The notes below the pieces were generated by a model. It was not told where the DNA came from. It did not search any database and saw nothing but the letters and a program-made list of their open reading frames with translations. A stretch of 64,000 nucleotides of DNA from a virus (lineage: Duplodnaviria > Caudoviricetes), in the IMG/VR virus record IMGVR_UViG_3300028886_000036, positions 128,001 to 192,000 of that record. One strand, written 5' to 3'. The translations under genes were made by a program, and so were the position numbers. Positions within the stretch are counted from its first letter, which is position 1. Each line of letters opens with the position of its first letter. This document shows, piece by piece, positions 1 to 9,326 of this stretch.

Positions 1-88
1 CACACCTGATAATGAAAATCAGGAGTTAGATGAACCTTAAGTGGCAAAGCTTCTATTAATATAAAAAAGGAGGCTAAAGAAAAAACAT

Positions 89-850
89 ATGAATCCTAAT
101 GAAGCACCAAGGGCTTTTAGGCCCAATCGTTGGGGTGAATCCACAAAGATAGTTGTTGAGAATAACTATTTTGGTGAATGCCCCGGTCTTTATAATACAT
201 TTGAATTAAATTGTTCTGTTGCAGATGGTTCTAAGTTTAACAATAATACATTTGTTCCAGAAGCATCTACTCATAACTTTATTAATTTATATCAGGTTGA
301 TAGTGGTACAGAGGATAAGCCAGTTGTAATTGAAATAAAGGATAATGTTTTTGAGTGTAGTACAGATACTAACCCAATCAGAGTTGCTTGCAAGGGTGCC
401 CCAAAGAATGTTGAAATACATATCGAGGGTAATAAGTATATCTGTGAAAATCTTGATGAGAATTATAGTGGGCTTTTCTTTATTCAGCCCTATAATATGG
501 ACACTGAAGATTTAAGTGGAGTTACGATTTATCTTAAGGATAACGTTATCCCAGAAAATGCTAATCTGTTCTACTATTATGCTAAAGATGGTGTAGATTC
601 TAAGTTAATTACTCTTAATGAAGAGTTACTTCCAAAGGTTTTTATCTTTGAAGTTGATGAGGATGGCAATGCTGGTTGGAAGCAGCTTTCAATTTTACAG
701 TATCTTTCACCTTATTCAAAACAGAAAGAGCTTGATCCACTTTTAGCTGCTTTGGAAGTTACTGATGATACAGATACTACTACACCAACAGACAACACTG
801 ATAATACAGATGATACTGATGGTGGAGAGACTATACCAACTGGCGAGTAA
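89..850 (+). CDS. Parallel beta-helix (pectin-lyase-like) protein with acidic Thr/Asp tail, probably virion-associated
   Basis: Repeated I-x-x-N-x-F beta-helix strands (VVENNYF, FNNNTF, IKDNVF, IEGNKY, LKDNVI); AGGAGG RBS. Confidence 0.45.
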   Translation: MNPNEAPRAFRPNRWGESTKIVVENNYFGECPGLYNTFELNCSVADGSKFNNNTFVPEASTHNFINLYQVDSGTEDKPVVIEIKDNVFECSTDTNPIRVACKGAPKNVEIHIEGNKYICENLDENYSGLFFIQPYNMDTEDLSGVTIYLKDNVIPENANLFYYYAKDGVDSKLITLNEELLPKVFIFEVDEDGNAGWKQLSILQYLSPYSKQKELDPLLAALEVTDDTDTTTPTDNTDNTDDTDGGETIPTGE

Positions 851-862
851 TAATTAAACAAT

Positions 863-899
863 AAAGATACAGTAGGTGTTATGCCTATTGTATCTTTTT
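863..899 (+). terminator. Intrinsic terminator
   Basis: aaagatacagtagg...cctattgtatctttt stem followed by T-tract. Confidence 0.75.
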
Positions 900-949
900 A
901 TAATGTGTGATATAATTATAAACATCTCTAGGAAGGAGATGAGAGTAAA

Positions 950-2824
950 ATATTTATTATTAAAGAAGTAGATAAGTCAGATTTAGAAAAATTAGCTGAC
1001 GCATATTGTAAAGCATTTTTACCATTAAGACCTACTAATGTTAGTGAAGAAGTTAACATAAAGAATATGAAGAATTATTTTTTGAAAGATCTTCAACAAA
1101 AAATGAATCAATATGATTCTATACAAGAATGTATGGTTGAAACAGATACAAATGATTATGTGGCATATTTTTCAGCATATGCAAATCCAAAATCAGATAC
1201 TGGAGATTCTTTTGTACATATTCCAGAGATTTTTGTTAACCCAGATTATCAAAAGTATGGTCATGGTAGAGCTATAATGAGAGATGGATTAGCATTATGT
1301 TCTGCTAGATTTGAAAATAGTGAATGGATTGATCTTAATACTCAACCCTATAATGAACGAGCTATTAAGCTATATAAGGCTATGGGTTTTGAAGTAATGT
1401 TTGTAATAGGGCATACCGATAATTATTATGTGGTAGGACCAGATAATGAAAAGCACGATATTATTAGAATGGCAAAACCTTTACACGATGAGTTTGCTTT
1501 TAGGCAGTATCCAAACTTTAATCCTACTAATGAAAATAAACCTATTATAGAAAACTATTTTACTAAAGATACTAGGCATACTGAAACTTATATTAAGAAA
1601 GATCAATTCAATGAAAATATAGAATTAATTAATGAAACTGCTACATATCCAGTTAAGTTCTATGATAAATATAAGAAAGACTATTATGGTGAGATGATTA
1701 GATTCCAGTATGGAGTATATGAAGATGATATGTCTTTAAGTAAAAAGGAAGTTAATAGAAGAGCTAAAAGAGACGCATCTACTCTATTATCTGCACAAGA
1801 AAAATTACCAGACTTTACAGTATGGTGTGGAATAACAGATGTATCAATAGCTGCATATATAGTAGTTGCTAAACTTAATGGTGTATGGACATTTACTATG
1901 GATCATTATTATGATACAGATGGTAAAGTTCTAAAAAAATTAGTTGATAAAGCTGTTAGTATAACTAAATTAAAAGAACTTAAAGGCCAAGAAGATTTTA
2001 TATTGGAAAGTATGATGAAAGTTGATGGTTTAAGAGAGAAGAGTAAAACTAAATATAGATCAGTGTTTAAGATTAATGATGAGTTCTTAAATAGTCTAAA
2101 GCAACAAGAAATCCCTCAAGAAGAAACTCCAGAAGAAGAACCAGCACAACCTACTGGAGAAACTATACCACAAGAGAAAGGACCAACGCAGCCTAATGTA
2201 CAACAACCAGTTCAGCAACCACAAGCTCAACCGATTCAGCCTCAAAAACCTGAATTTCAAACGCCATTACCAGCATCAGCTCCGATTGAACCTAAACTTA
2301 AAAACTACGATCAATTCATCAAAGACAGAGAAAAGAAACAAACTCAACTTGCAAAAGATATCAAATCTCAAATTCAGAAAACATCTAAACAAAAACTTCC
2401 AGAACCACAAGTACCTGAAACTCCAGAACCAGAACAACCAAGTGTTGATTCAGAAACTACACCAGCCTCTTTGGAAAAAGATTCTAAACAAATTGTTAAA
2501 GATGCTGAAAAAGTAAGTTCACAAGAACCTCAAGATAATCTTGAAGATATTGGGGAATTTCCTCCGGATATGTTTAAGGAGCCAGATGAAAAGAAACCTG
2601 AAATAAACTTACCAGGGAGGCCGGCTGTTAAACCTGTTATGAGAGACACCAATAATGTAACTAACAAAGTTCTTAATGATTTACCTAAAGGTAGAAATGT
2701 ATCTCCGGTACAAATAATTGATGTTGATAATATAACTAACCCAGATATTAATGGAAATGGTAAGCAAGAAGAAAAACGAGATACTGTTCAGAACATAATG
2801 AATCCAGATATTAAGAAACAATAA
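950..2824 (+). CDS. GNAT acetyltransferase domain + Pro/Gln/Glu-rich low-complexity C-terminus; true start probably upstream of the 1067 ATG
   Basis: GNAT motif A (IFVNPDYQKYGHGRAIM) and motif B (NERAIKLYKAMGF); frame open from 932 encoding IIKEVDKSDLEKLADAY. Confidence 0.7.
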   Translation: MFIIKEVDKSDLEKLADAYCKAFLPLRPTNVSEEVNIKNMKNYFLKDLQQKMNQYDSIQECMVETDTNDYVAYFSAYANPKSDTGDSFVHIPEIFVNPDYQKYGHGRAIMRDGLALCSARFENSEWIDLNTQPYNERAIKLYKAMGFEVMFVIGHTDNYYVVGPDNEKHDIIRMAKPLHDEFAFRQYPNFNPTNENKPIIENYFTKDTRHTETYIKKDQFNENIELINETATYPVKFYDKYKKDYYGEMIRFQYGVYEDDMSLSKKEVNRRAKRDASTLLSAQEKLPDFTVWCGITDVSIAAYIVVAKLNGVWTFTMDHYYDTDGKVLKKLVDKAVSITKLKELKGQEDFILESMMKVDGLREKSKTKYRSVFKINDEFLNSLKQQEIPQEETPEEEPAQPTGETIPQEKGPTQPNVQQPVQQPQAQPIQPQKPEFQTPLPASAPIEPKLKNYDQFIKDREKKQTQLAKDIKSQIQKTSKQKLPEPQVPETPEPEQPSVDSETTPASLEKDSKQIVKDAEKVSSQEPQDNLEDIGEFPPDMFKEPDEKKPEINLPGRPAVKPVMRDTNNVTNKVLNDLPKGRNVSPVQIIDVDNITNPDINGNGKQEEKRDTVQNIMNPDIKKQ

Positions 2825-2863
2825 AAAAAAACTACCAGACCTAATTTGGTCTGGTAGTTTTTT
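2824..2863. terminator. Bidirectional intrinsic terminator between convergent genes
   Basis: aaaaactaccagacc-taattt-ggtctggtagttttt. Confidence 0.85.
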
Positions 2864-2864
2864 G

Positions 2865-3167
2865 TTAATCGCTTATCTTAACTATATGCTCAGATAGTAT
2901 ACTAAAACCACAAGTATTATTCTGATCAGTTATCAAATTAAATTCACAGAAGTCACAATTTTCATCACAGCAAGCATTCAGATTAAATCTACTACTAAAT
3001 ATATGTTCTATTAATTCATTATTATCTATTCTAGAATAGAATGAACACCTTCCAGATCCCTTTCTAAACAAGTTACACAATCCACATGTAGAATGACTAA
3101 AGCATGTATTATTAATTATAGAATACATCATATAAGTTAAAGTTTTTAAGGATTGTAAGTTATGCAT
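2865..3167 (-). CDS. Small Cys-rich protein (two Cys4 modules), array member
   Basis: NTCFSHSTCGLCNL...C and CCDENCDFCEF...CGF. Confidence 0.7.
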   Translation of the reverse strand: MHNLQSLKTLTYMMYSIINNTCFSHSTCGLCNLFRKGSGRCSFYSRIDNNELIEHIFSSRFNLNACCDENCDFCEFNLITDQNNTCGFSILSEHIVKISD

Positions 3168-3468
3168 TTCTATAGGTTATCTTAGAAGCAAAATCTCCAA
3201 ATCCACAAAATCCGCCTGGCCTACTTATTTCACAATCTTCACAACTGATATCGTTAGTACAGCTATTGACTAACTGATTAATCATTGGACTAACAGTTTT
3301 ATCCAAATGAATTATAAACTGTGAAATATGTCTTTCTCTTAAGCTACAGTCTCCATTCGACAATGCTATAGGACAATCTCCCTTGTAGCATTTAGATGCT
3401 GCTTTACATATGTTAATCAATATAATACACATCAGCAATCTAGATTTCTTAGATGCCAGTGAAATCAT
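3160..3468 (-). CDS. Small Cys-rich protein (two Cys4 modules), array member
   Basis: NICKAASKCYKGDCPI...C and SCTNDISCEDCEI...CGF. Confidence 0.7.
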   Translation of the reverse strand: MISLASKKSRLLMCIILINICKAASKCYKGDCPIALSNGDCSLRERHISQFIIHLDKTVSPMINQLVNSCTNDISCEDCEISRPGGFCGFGDFASKITYRNA

Positions 3469-3773
3469 TTTCTTTCCTCGTTTTCTTTACACATTATAAG
3501 CTTCTTTATACTATACTGTGCAACGCAATTAAAATTTTTCTCTAAATTACAACTTTCACAAGTAAGGTTATTATCACAAAAATCTTGATATAACTTTATC
3601 AATTTAATAGGAGATACACAACATTTACTTCCTCCAAAACGTTTTTGCATAAACTTACAACTAGAGCATGGTTTGTTATAACAATAATTGTACATATAAA
3701 TTAAACAGAATGCTATTGGTAACTTTTTTAACATCTTTTCATGGTTCTCCATATTGGGTCTAGTAAACAACAC
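3465..3773 (-). CDS. Small Cys-rich protein (two Cys4 modules); start possibly 3734
   Basis: NYCYNKPCSSCKF...C and FCDNNLTCESCNL...C. Confidence 0.7.
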   Translation of the reverse strand: MLFTRPNMENHEKMLKKLPIAFCLIYMYNYCYNKPCSSCKFMQKRFGGSKCCVSPIKLIKLYQDFCDNNLTCESCNLEKNFNCVAQYSIKKLIMCKENEERK

Positions 3774-4087
3774 TTAGTTGCTGCTTTTATAACTCTAAAT
3801 TTGCATCCATTACAACAATCAAATCTACCATATATAAAATGATTATTACAATGCTTCATAAAGACATCCCACAACTGTTTAACTGTAGGACTGGGAGATA
3901 CACCCACTGACTTACCTCTTAGTATAGAAGATAATCTATCTAACGGATTTACATATAAAGTTAATATACATCTTTTAATTAATGTTCTAGGTTGTATGTT
4001 TGGTTCATAAAAACTACAATTCTCACAGCCAGTTGATATACAGTAGTTCTTAACTATAACATAGATTAAATTATATACTTCGTTCAT
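3728..4087 (-). CDS. Small Cys-rich protein (two Cys4 modules)
   Basis: NYCISTGCENCSF...C and HC...CCNGCKF...C. Confidence 0.7.
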   Translation of the reverse strand: MNEVYNLIYVIVKNYCISTGCENCSFYEPNIQPRTLIKRCILTLYVNPLDRLSSILRGKSVGVSPSPTVKQLWDVFMKHCNNHFIYGRFDCCNGCKFRVIKAATKCCLLDPIWRTMKRC

Positions 4088-4418
4088 TTAGAGTAACCTT
4101 CCAATACCCATAGAAATGATGTCTTGATACAGGATATCTATCTCCATATTGATTCTTTAATAATAAGCACTTATTATTGGTTTTATCAAAGCAATAACAG
4201 TTTACACAGTACATATCCATACCAATAAAATCAAACACGCATACCTTATTAATTAAACAATAGCTATCATCTTTTACATCATATCTACTTGGGACTGTAT
4301 CTTCATTTTTAGCTTTACATCTTTTACATCCAAGTTTACTGAAACAATAGTTTCTATATATCAATTCTATTATAAGTTCTATCTTATTTAAAGGCATTCT
4401 TATTTCCTTTTTGAACAA
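4071..4418 (-). CDS. Small Cys-rich protein (two Cys4 modules)
   Basis: NYCFSKLGCKRC...C and VC...YCVNCYC...C. Confidence 0.7.
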   Translation of the reverse strand: MFKKEIRMPLNKIELIIELIYRNYCFSKLGCKRCKAKNEDTVPSRYDVKDDSYCLINKVCVFDFIGMDMYCVNCYCFDKTNNKCLLLKNQYGDRYPVSRHHFYGYWKVTLNERSI

Positions 4419-4714
4419 ATATTAGGAAGAACCAATTCATGTAAATAGATTAAATACGCACAAGTAAACCACACCTTGCCTCTCAATATATTGTTCCTGT
4501 TTACACAAATAGTACAGTTTCCAGTACACATTTTTCTAGGATTAATTATAGGAGGCACAAAGAACTCTACATACAACATCAAACTTTCTTTGTCAAAAGT
4601 TTTGGTAGTTCCATTATAGTTCTTTTCAATAAAATCTAAAACAGATGGTTCTAGAGAAATCATACGATTAGATATATGTGTCATAGTAAATAAAGTTATA
4701 GATTTATTATTCAT
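4400..4714 (-). CDS. Small Cys-rich protein (one Cys4 module)
   Basis: MCTGNCTICVN...TCAY. Confidence 0.65.
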   Translation of the reverse strand: MNNKSITLFTMTHISNRMISLEPSVLDFIEKNYNGTTKTFDKESLMLYVEFFVPPIINPRKMCTGNCTICVNRNNILRGKVWFTCAYLIYLHELVLPNICSKRK

Positions 4715-4970
4715 ATGAGCCCCTTATTTTTTGTAAAACTATCCATAGAGGACAAGAATAAGTTGTTAGATACCTCTTTCCTCTAAACACACATCCAACA
4801 CAATCAGCATCATTTTTACAAAATCTATTTGTAAAGATTCTACAGATATAATTTAATTCATCTGAACCAATAGCATTGTAATATGGTTCAGTGTGAATAT
4901 CCTTATTAAACTCTTTATTTAAAATTTGAGTTACAGCAAATATATACCACGATTTATAAGGGTTTACCAT
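4707..4970 (-). CDS. Small Cys-rich protein (one Cys4 module)
   Basis: FCKNDADCVGCVF...SCPL. Confidence 0.65.
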   Translation of the reverse strand: MVNPYKSWYIFAVTQILNKEFNKDIHTEPYYNAIGSDELNYICRIFTNRFCKNDADCVGCVFRGKRYLTTYSCPLWIVLQKIRGSYE

Positions 4971-5265
4971 CTGAGTCCCTCCAGCAGCAAACTAAAGCCT
5001 TATTCAAATAGATTAACAATATACAAGTACACCATCTATCATATTCCCTATTACCATTTAAAATACACCCATCACATATATCGACATCTAAGCCTTCATA
5101 TTCTGGATTTGCATAACTACTACAAAAGTCATGTATATAATAATTTAAAGTGTCTTTCTCTATATTTTCTGTTTCATCATAAAATCTATTAGATAGATCT
5201 TTAAGCAGCATAAAACGATTAGATGTCATAATAATTGTCATGAAATACTTTCCACCAACAGTCAA
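4954..5265 (-). CDS. Small Cys-rich protein (one Cys4 module), first gene of the array; likely TTG start at 5265
   Basis: FC...ICDGCIL...CTCIL; GAGGTG RBS at 5272-5277. Confidence 0.6.
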   Translation of the reverse strand: MTVGGKYFMTIIMTSNRFMLLKDLSNRFYDETENIEKDTLNYYIHDFCSSYANPEYEGLDVDICDGCILNGNREYDRWCTCILLIYLNKALVCCWRDSDGKPL

Positions 5266-5300
5266 GTTATACACCTCATTTGAAAGGAGTTTTATTAAAT

Positions 5301-6023
5301 ATGAAAAGATATAGACTTAAACTTAAAGAATCAGATCAACCAATGAATCCACCAAATGTTCCACAGGTATCTGATCCAAATATGCAAGCAGATCTTCAAG
5401 AACCTGCAGATACTGATAGAAATGAAATTCAAGTAATCACTTCAATACCTCCCGAGATGAAAGAGTCTTTACAAAAGTTTTTTAATAAGACTCATACCCA
5501 CCCAAATCAATATTATCCAGAAGACAAATCAGATAATCAAGCTATCATGAGATATCTTGGTACTGATAATAAGAACTTTAGTTTTAGAGTAGCCGCAGTT
5601 CAAGGTGACGAGATAATAGCACTCATAGATAGTATTCCTCTATTTATAAACAACAATCAACTTAAGGTATATGCATCATATACCTATGGAGATCCTACAG
5701 ATAATTCAGATATTAATCAGCAAATGATACAGCAAGCTATTCAATTAGCTATGAAGAACCCAGATCCACAAGTACAGTGGATGGTTTTTAATGATTTATC
5801 TAAACACGATGACAGATCGTGGGTAAATGCTTTACAAGACTTTGGTTTTATCCAGCCATATAGATTTGTAAACCCAGCTTTTAAAGACACAGTTGTATTG
5901 GTTCATGTTATTAGATCTAATGCTCCATCTCAATATCCGATTACAGCTGAACAAGATGTTAGAAATGCTGGGGAGAATCTTCCATTTGACCAAGCTAAAG
6001 ATGAATTGTTAAGCATACGTTAG
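5301..6023 (+). CDS. Hypothetical protein, possibly degenerate GNAT fold, putative virion protein
   Basis: AAGGAG RBS then ATG 5301; N-terminal LKLKES; C-terminal ...WVNALQDFGF resembles GNAT motif B. Confidence 0.45.
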   Translation: MKRYRLKLKESDQPMNPPNVPQVSDPNMQADLQEPADTDRNEIQVITSIPPEMKESLQKFFNKTHTHPNQYYPEDKSDNQAIMRYLGTDNKNFSFRVAAVQGDEIIALIDSIPLFINNNQLKVYASYTYGDPTDNSDINQQMIQQAIQLAMKNPDPQVQWMVFNDLSKHDDRSWVNALQDFGFIQPYRFVNPAFKDTVVLVHVIRSNAPSQYPITAEQDVRNAGENLPFDQAKDELLSIR

Positions 6024-6078
6024 TAAAACTAAAGACACTAACACAATAATATAATATATATAGAAAGTTTGTGATAAA

Positions 6079-6777
6079 ATGTCATTAGATTTAAGTAAAT
6101 GCTATAGAGCTAAAGTTACAAATAATAATTATAAAAAGGCACCGGCAAAAGCTGCTCCAGGTAGTGTGGAAGTATTTGTTCCAGACTGGACAGCTGAGAA
6201 AGTGGCTGGCAATAGAAAAGGATTAGTATGGGCAGCACCATTAAACGCATGCTTCTTAGGTTCAGATTCAAAAGAAGCTAATAAGAATGTTGGACAATGT
6301 ATAATACCTCCTGTTGGATCTGATGTGTGGGTTGCAATTGAAGACGGTAATTATGCTAATGCTTATTATTTTGGTTCAGTTGCATTAGTTAATCAAGATA
6401 CTATCCCTGATGATAACAAGCAATTATCTTGTCCTCAAAATGCATATACTCTTTTAAAAACCCCAATGGGTAGGGGCATTGTAGTTGTTGACGAAGGTAA
6501 AGATAAAAAGAGTGGAATAGTTATAAAGGGTAAGGGCTCTAATACTAGTAAAGTATTAGGAGATAGTAATCAAATGTATATAACCCTATCTGAAAACTCA
6601 TTTAACGGAATACGTATTCAGTCTGGAAATGGACAACAATTTATTATTATTGATAAAGATGCAAATACAATTGATATTGTCCAAGGTGGATCAAGAATAC
6701 ATATGACTGAGGATAGAATAGATATTGAATCTGATATAGTTAATATCAGAGGAGAAACTAGAATTAATTTAAACTAA
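6079..6777 (+). CDS. Baseplate spike/hub protein (gp5/VgrG/GpV-like OB fold + beta-helix)
   Basis: YRAKV...VEVFVP...WAAP...IPPVGSDVWVAIEDGNYANAYYFG OB signature, then KTPMGRGI and beta-strand repeats. Confidence 0.75.
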   Translation: MSLDLSKCYRAKVTNNNYKKAPAKAAPGSVEVFVPDWTAEKVAGNRKGLVWAAPLNACFLGSDSKEANKNVGQCIIPPVGSDVWVAIEDGNYANAYYFGSVALVNQDTIPDDNKQLSCPQNAYTLLKTPMGRGIVVVDEGKDKKSGIVIKGKGSNTSKVLGDSNQMYITLSENSFNGIRIQSGNGQQFIIIDKDANTIDIVQGGSRIHMTEDRIDIESDIVNIRGETRINLN

Positions 6778-6818
6778 AACCGGATACAGGGAGAAATCCC
6801 TATATCCGGTTCTTTTTA
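6778..6818. terminator. Bidirectional terminator
   Basis: aaccggatacaggg-agaaat-ccctatatccggtt + T-tract. Confidence 0.75.
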
Positions 6819-6819
6819 T

Positions 6820-6981
6820 TTACACACTAAGTTTATCGATTTTGTTCTGAATATTTTTAAGATGCCTTTCAAGCTTTTGAATAATTTTAGTTCTGGTATG
6901 ACTAGATTTTTTATGGAATTCAATTTGCTTAATCAAATTTCGTTCTATAGCTAACAACATATTCAGAGTAGGATTGTCCAC
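6820..6981 (-). CDS. 53-aa hypothetical protein (not in ORF track)
   Basis: GGAGAG RBS, GTG start, MDNPTLNMLLAIERNL...KLSV*. Confidence 0.5.
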   Translation of the reverse strand: MDNPTLNMLLAIERNLIKQIEFHKKSSHTRTKIIQKLERHLKNIQNKIDKLSV

Positions 6982-7013
6982 GATACACTCTCCTTCTAAA
7001 GCTGCTTATAGAA

Positions 7014-7220
7014 TTAATGACGAGTACTATCATACCATCCGATTAAAATAGCTATAAACATTAGAATTGCGACAAATGCTGCTCCATATTCAATAATTAT
7101 AGAGTTTGTTTGATCTGGAGGTTGTTTAACCGATGTTTCCGTATTTTGATTATGATGTCTAACCATGGGTATAAATATAAATGTATTTCTTCCTACAGGA
7201 ACAAACATAATAATCTCCAC
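7014..7220 (-). CDS. Small membrane protein
   Basis: C-terminal hydrophobic helix. Confidence 0.55.
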   Translation of the reverse strand: MEIIMFVPVGRNTFIFIPMVRHHNQNTETSVKQPPDQTNSIIIEYGAAFVAILMFIAILIGWYDSTRH

Positions 7221-7223
7221 CTT

Positions 7224-8060
7224 TTATTGTTGTATTAACTTGTCATATCTGTCATAAGCTTTTTTCTTCTCAAGTTCAGAAGCATTATCACAGATATCTG
7301 AAACTATATCGTGTATCTGTTCTTCAATATTATTAAACTCATCAACTTTAACTATTATACTATTGTCATATTCATCACAGTAGTTTTTCTCTGGAACTGC
7401 TTCCATAAAAGATTTGATTAAATCCTTTTTACTTCTAACTGTGCATATGATATCTTTACCAGTATAGTTCAATTGGTATGTGATTATAAACTTCAACCCA
7501 GATTCAGCATAGTTATCAATAATCATTTCTTCAATGTATCTAGATAACCTGAAGTTTGATCTACAGATTGCTATATCATTCTTATAGTAACAAAATTTAT
7601 TTACATAATCTGTAGCTAGCTTTTGATGTTCAACCACATACAATCTACCTAGATCTTGTTCAGCTTTAGTTAAAGTTAACGAATCTGTACTGATAAACTT
7701 ATTTACAAACTGCTCATGCCCGACTGCTTCATAGTAATTATATACTACTTCTAGATCTACATTATGGGATAAGAGAGAGTTTGCTATAGCAGCGTACTTA
7801 AACAAAGTTCTATCTACATTTAAAAGCTTACCAAGATTAGCTGTAGCACTAACTTCTTTTTCTCTATCAATAATGTAAGCATCAGTTAAATAGCTAAGAT
7901 CAATTCCAAATCCAAGAATATGAGTTGGGTTATATAGTTGAATAGCTTCTTCAATTCTTTTTTTACTGCAAGTAAAGAAGCTTCTTTCTTTAGTATGATG
8001 AAAATATAGGATTTGGGATAGAGCAGAGTCTATCCCATAGCTACTTATTAGAAAGGACAT
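7224..8060 (-). CDS. Degenerate DHH/DHHA1-like protein
   Basis: Colinear resemblance to 51193-52176 (EVSATA vs EISATK; TVRSK vs SLRTT) without DxD/DHH/GGGH motifs. Confidence 0.4.
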   Translation of the reverse strand: MSFLISSYGIDSALSQILYFHHTKERSFFTCSKKRIEEAIQLYNPTHILGFGIDLSYLTDAYIIDREKEVSATANLGKLLNVDRTLFKYAAIANSLLSHNVDLEVVYNYYEAVGHEQFVNKFISTDSLTLTKAEQDLGRLYVVEHQKLATDYVNKFCYYKNDIAICRSNFRLSRYIEEMIIDNYAESGLKFIITYQLNYTGKDIICTVRSKKDLIKSFMEAVPEKNYCDEYDNSIIVKVDEFNNIEEQIHDIVSDICDNASELEKKKAYDRYDKLIQQ

Positions 8061-8784
8061 TACAGTAATGCCAAATGGTACTCTGAATCTTTTCCGCCAT
8101 TTGTCTTACAGTCATTCCGGTAGTGTTAATAGTAACAGTATAATCACTATTGGAGTATTCTTCTGTAAAGATCTTGTTAGTGTATGCTCGATTAAGTTTC
8201 TCCTGAAGTCTTCTAGCTACATCAATAGGATCATTATTAATAACTTCACGGCTATTCATTCTATCCTTAATTGTATTAGAATCAGCTACAAACACTATTG
8301 TGAGCTTGGCTTTAGGAATCATATAGTTGGTCATACCAACACTATACCAAAGATCCTTAAGCATTTCTCTACACACTGGATCTGAATCATCCGAGTAAAT
8401 ATTATCGTAGTCTTCAATGAGCAATTCTGCACAGCATTTGGAGTAAACTGCTTGAGAAAGACTATACCTATCAAACAAATAGATATCTCCTTTCTTTGCA
8501 TAATTCTCAAGCTCTTTAGAACACAGCAATTTATCTGTAGTATGTACAAAATCAAATCGCTTAAGTGCATCTGCTCTTTCTACAAAACTCTTTGAATTAA
8601 AGAATGTTTCAATACAAAGTTTTGCAGTATTCTTAAGATATTCCGCATCATTAAAGAATGAAGTCTTTGGATAATTATATGCTGGAAACTTCATTCCATA
8701 TTGATAGACATGCATAAACTGGTTAATCTCGTTAATAGCGCTGGTCTTGCCGATACCATCTTGTCCTTCAATAGCTACAATCAT
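8041..8784 (-). CDS. tmk: Thymidylate (dTMP) kinase
   Basis: IEGQDGIGKTS P-loop, KFP, FDRYSLS motif. Confidence 0.85.
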   Translation of the reverse strand: MIVAIEGQDGIGKTSAINEINQFMHVYQYGMKFPAYNYPKTSFFNDAEYLKNTAKLCIETFFNSKSFVERADALKRFDFVHTTDKLLCSKELENYAKKGDIYLFDRYSLSQAVYSKCCAELLIEDYDNIYSDDSDPVCREMLKDLWYSVGMTNYMIPKAKLTIVFVADSNTIKDRMNSREVINNDPIDVARRLQEKLNRAYTNKIFTEEYSNSDYTVTINTTGMTVRQMAEKIQSTIWHYCNVLSNK

Positions 8785-8786
8785 AG

Positions 8787-9326
8787 TTAATAGTCTCCTT
8801 TCACAGGGTCTTCTTCAGCATACTTGAGTACAACTTCAATACCGCTATGCTTCTCAAGAGAATACTTACTGATACATCCAAGATAGTGATAATGTTCATC
8901 ATTATCTTTAGTGCTAAACCATACATGAATCTGTCTATAGTCTTCATCGAATTTACACAACACTTTACCTACAAACTTATCCTCTCTATGCAACTTATCT
9001 CCAACCTGGACTACTGTAAAGTCTTTACACCTAATGAGAGGAACATTCTCACTAACTTTAGTTACAACATTATTTTCATCCATTTCAAATTTATCCTCAT
9101 TAGGAAATTGCTTATAAAACCAGTCAACTTTATCATTATAGTCATATGCTTTAGTAGAGATGTTATGACCATATGCTGCGGTCCAGGTACTGTTATCTAA
9201 AAATTCCTTATCAAAACAGAGAAAACCGTTATTATCATCAGTTACAATAGCAAGGAGCCTAGAAACATATTCCTTATTCATTAGTGTCTCCTCCTTCTTG
9301 GCAATGTGCCATTTGAAGATGTACAA
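8787..9326 (-). CDS. Hypothetical protein
   Basis: ORF in operon with RBS. Confidence 0.55.
   Translation of the reverse strand: MYIFKWHIAKKEETLMNKEYVSRLLAIVTDDNNGFLCFDKEFLDNSTWTAAYGHNISTKAYDYNDKVDWFYKQFPNEDKFEMDENNVVTKVSENVPLIRCKDFTVVQVGDKLHREDKFVGKVLCKFDEDYRQIHVWFSTKDNDEHYHYLGCISKYSLEKHSGIEVVLKYAEEDPVKGDY

Noticed and set aside
2865-5274. Stop-codon recoding or one frameshifted long gene explaining the short ORFs
   Set aside because: Each ORF is a complete repeat unit in a different frame with overlapping start/stop; long core genes read normally in the standard code
6038-6052. AR9-like late promoter AACA-N6-TA before the baseplate gene
   Set aside because: Single short AT-rich match, not repeated before other plus-strand genes
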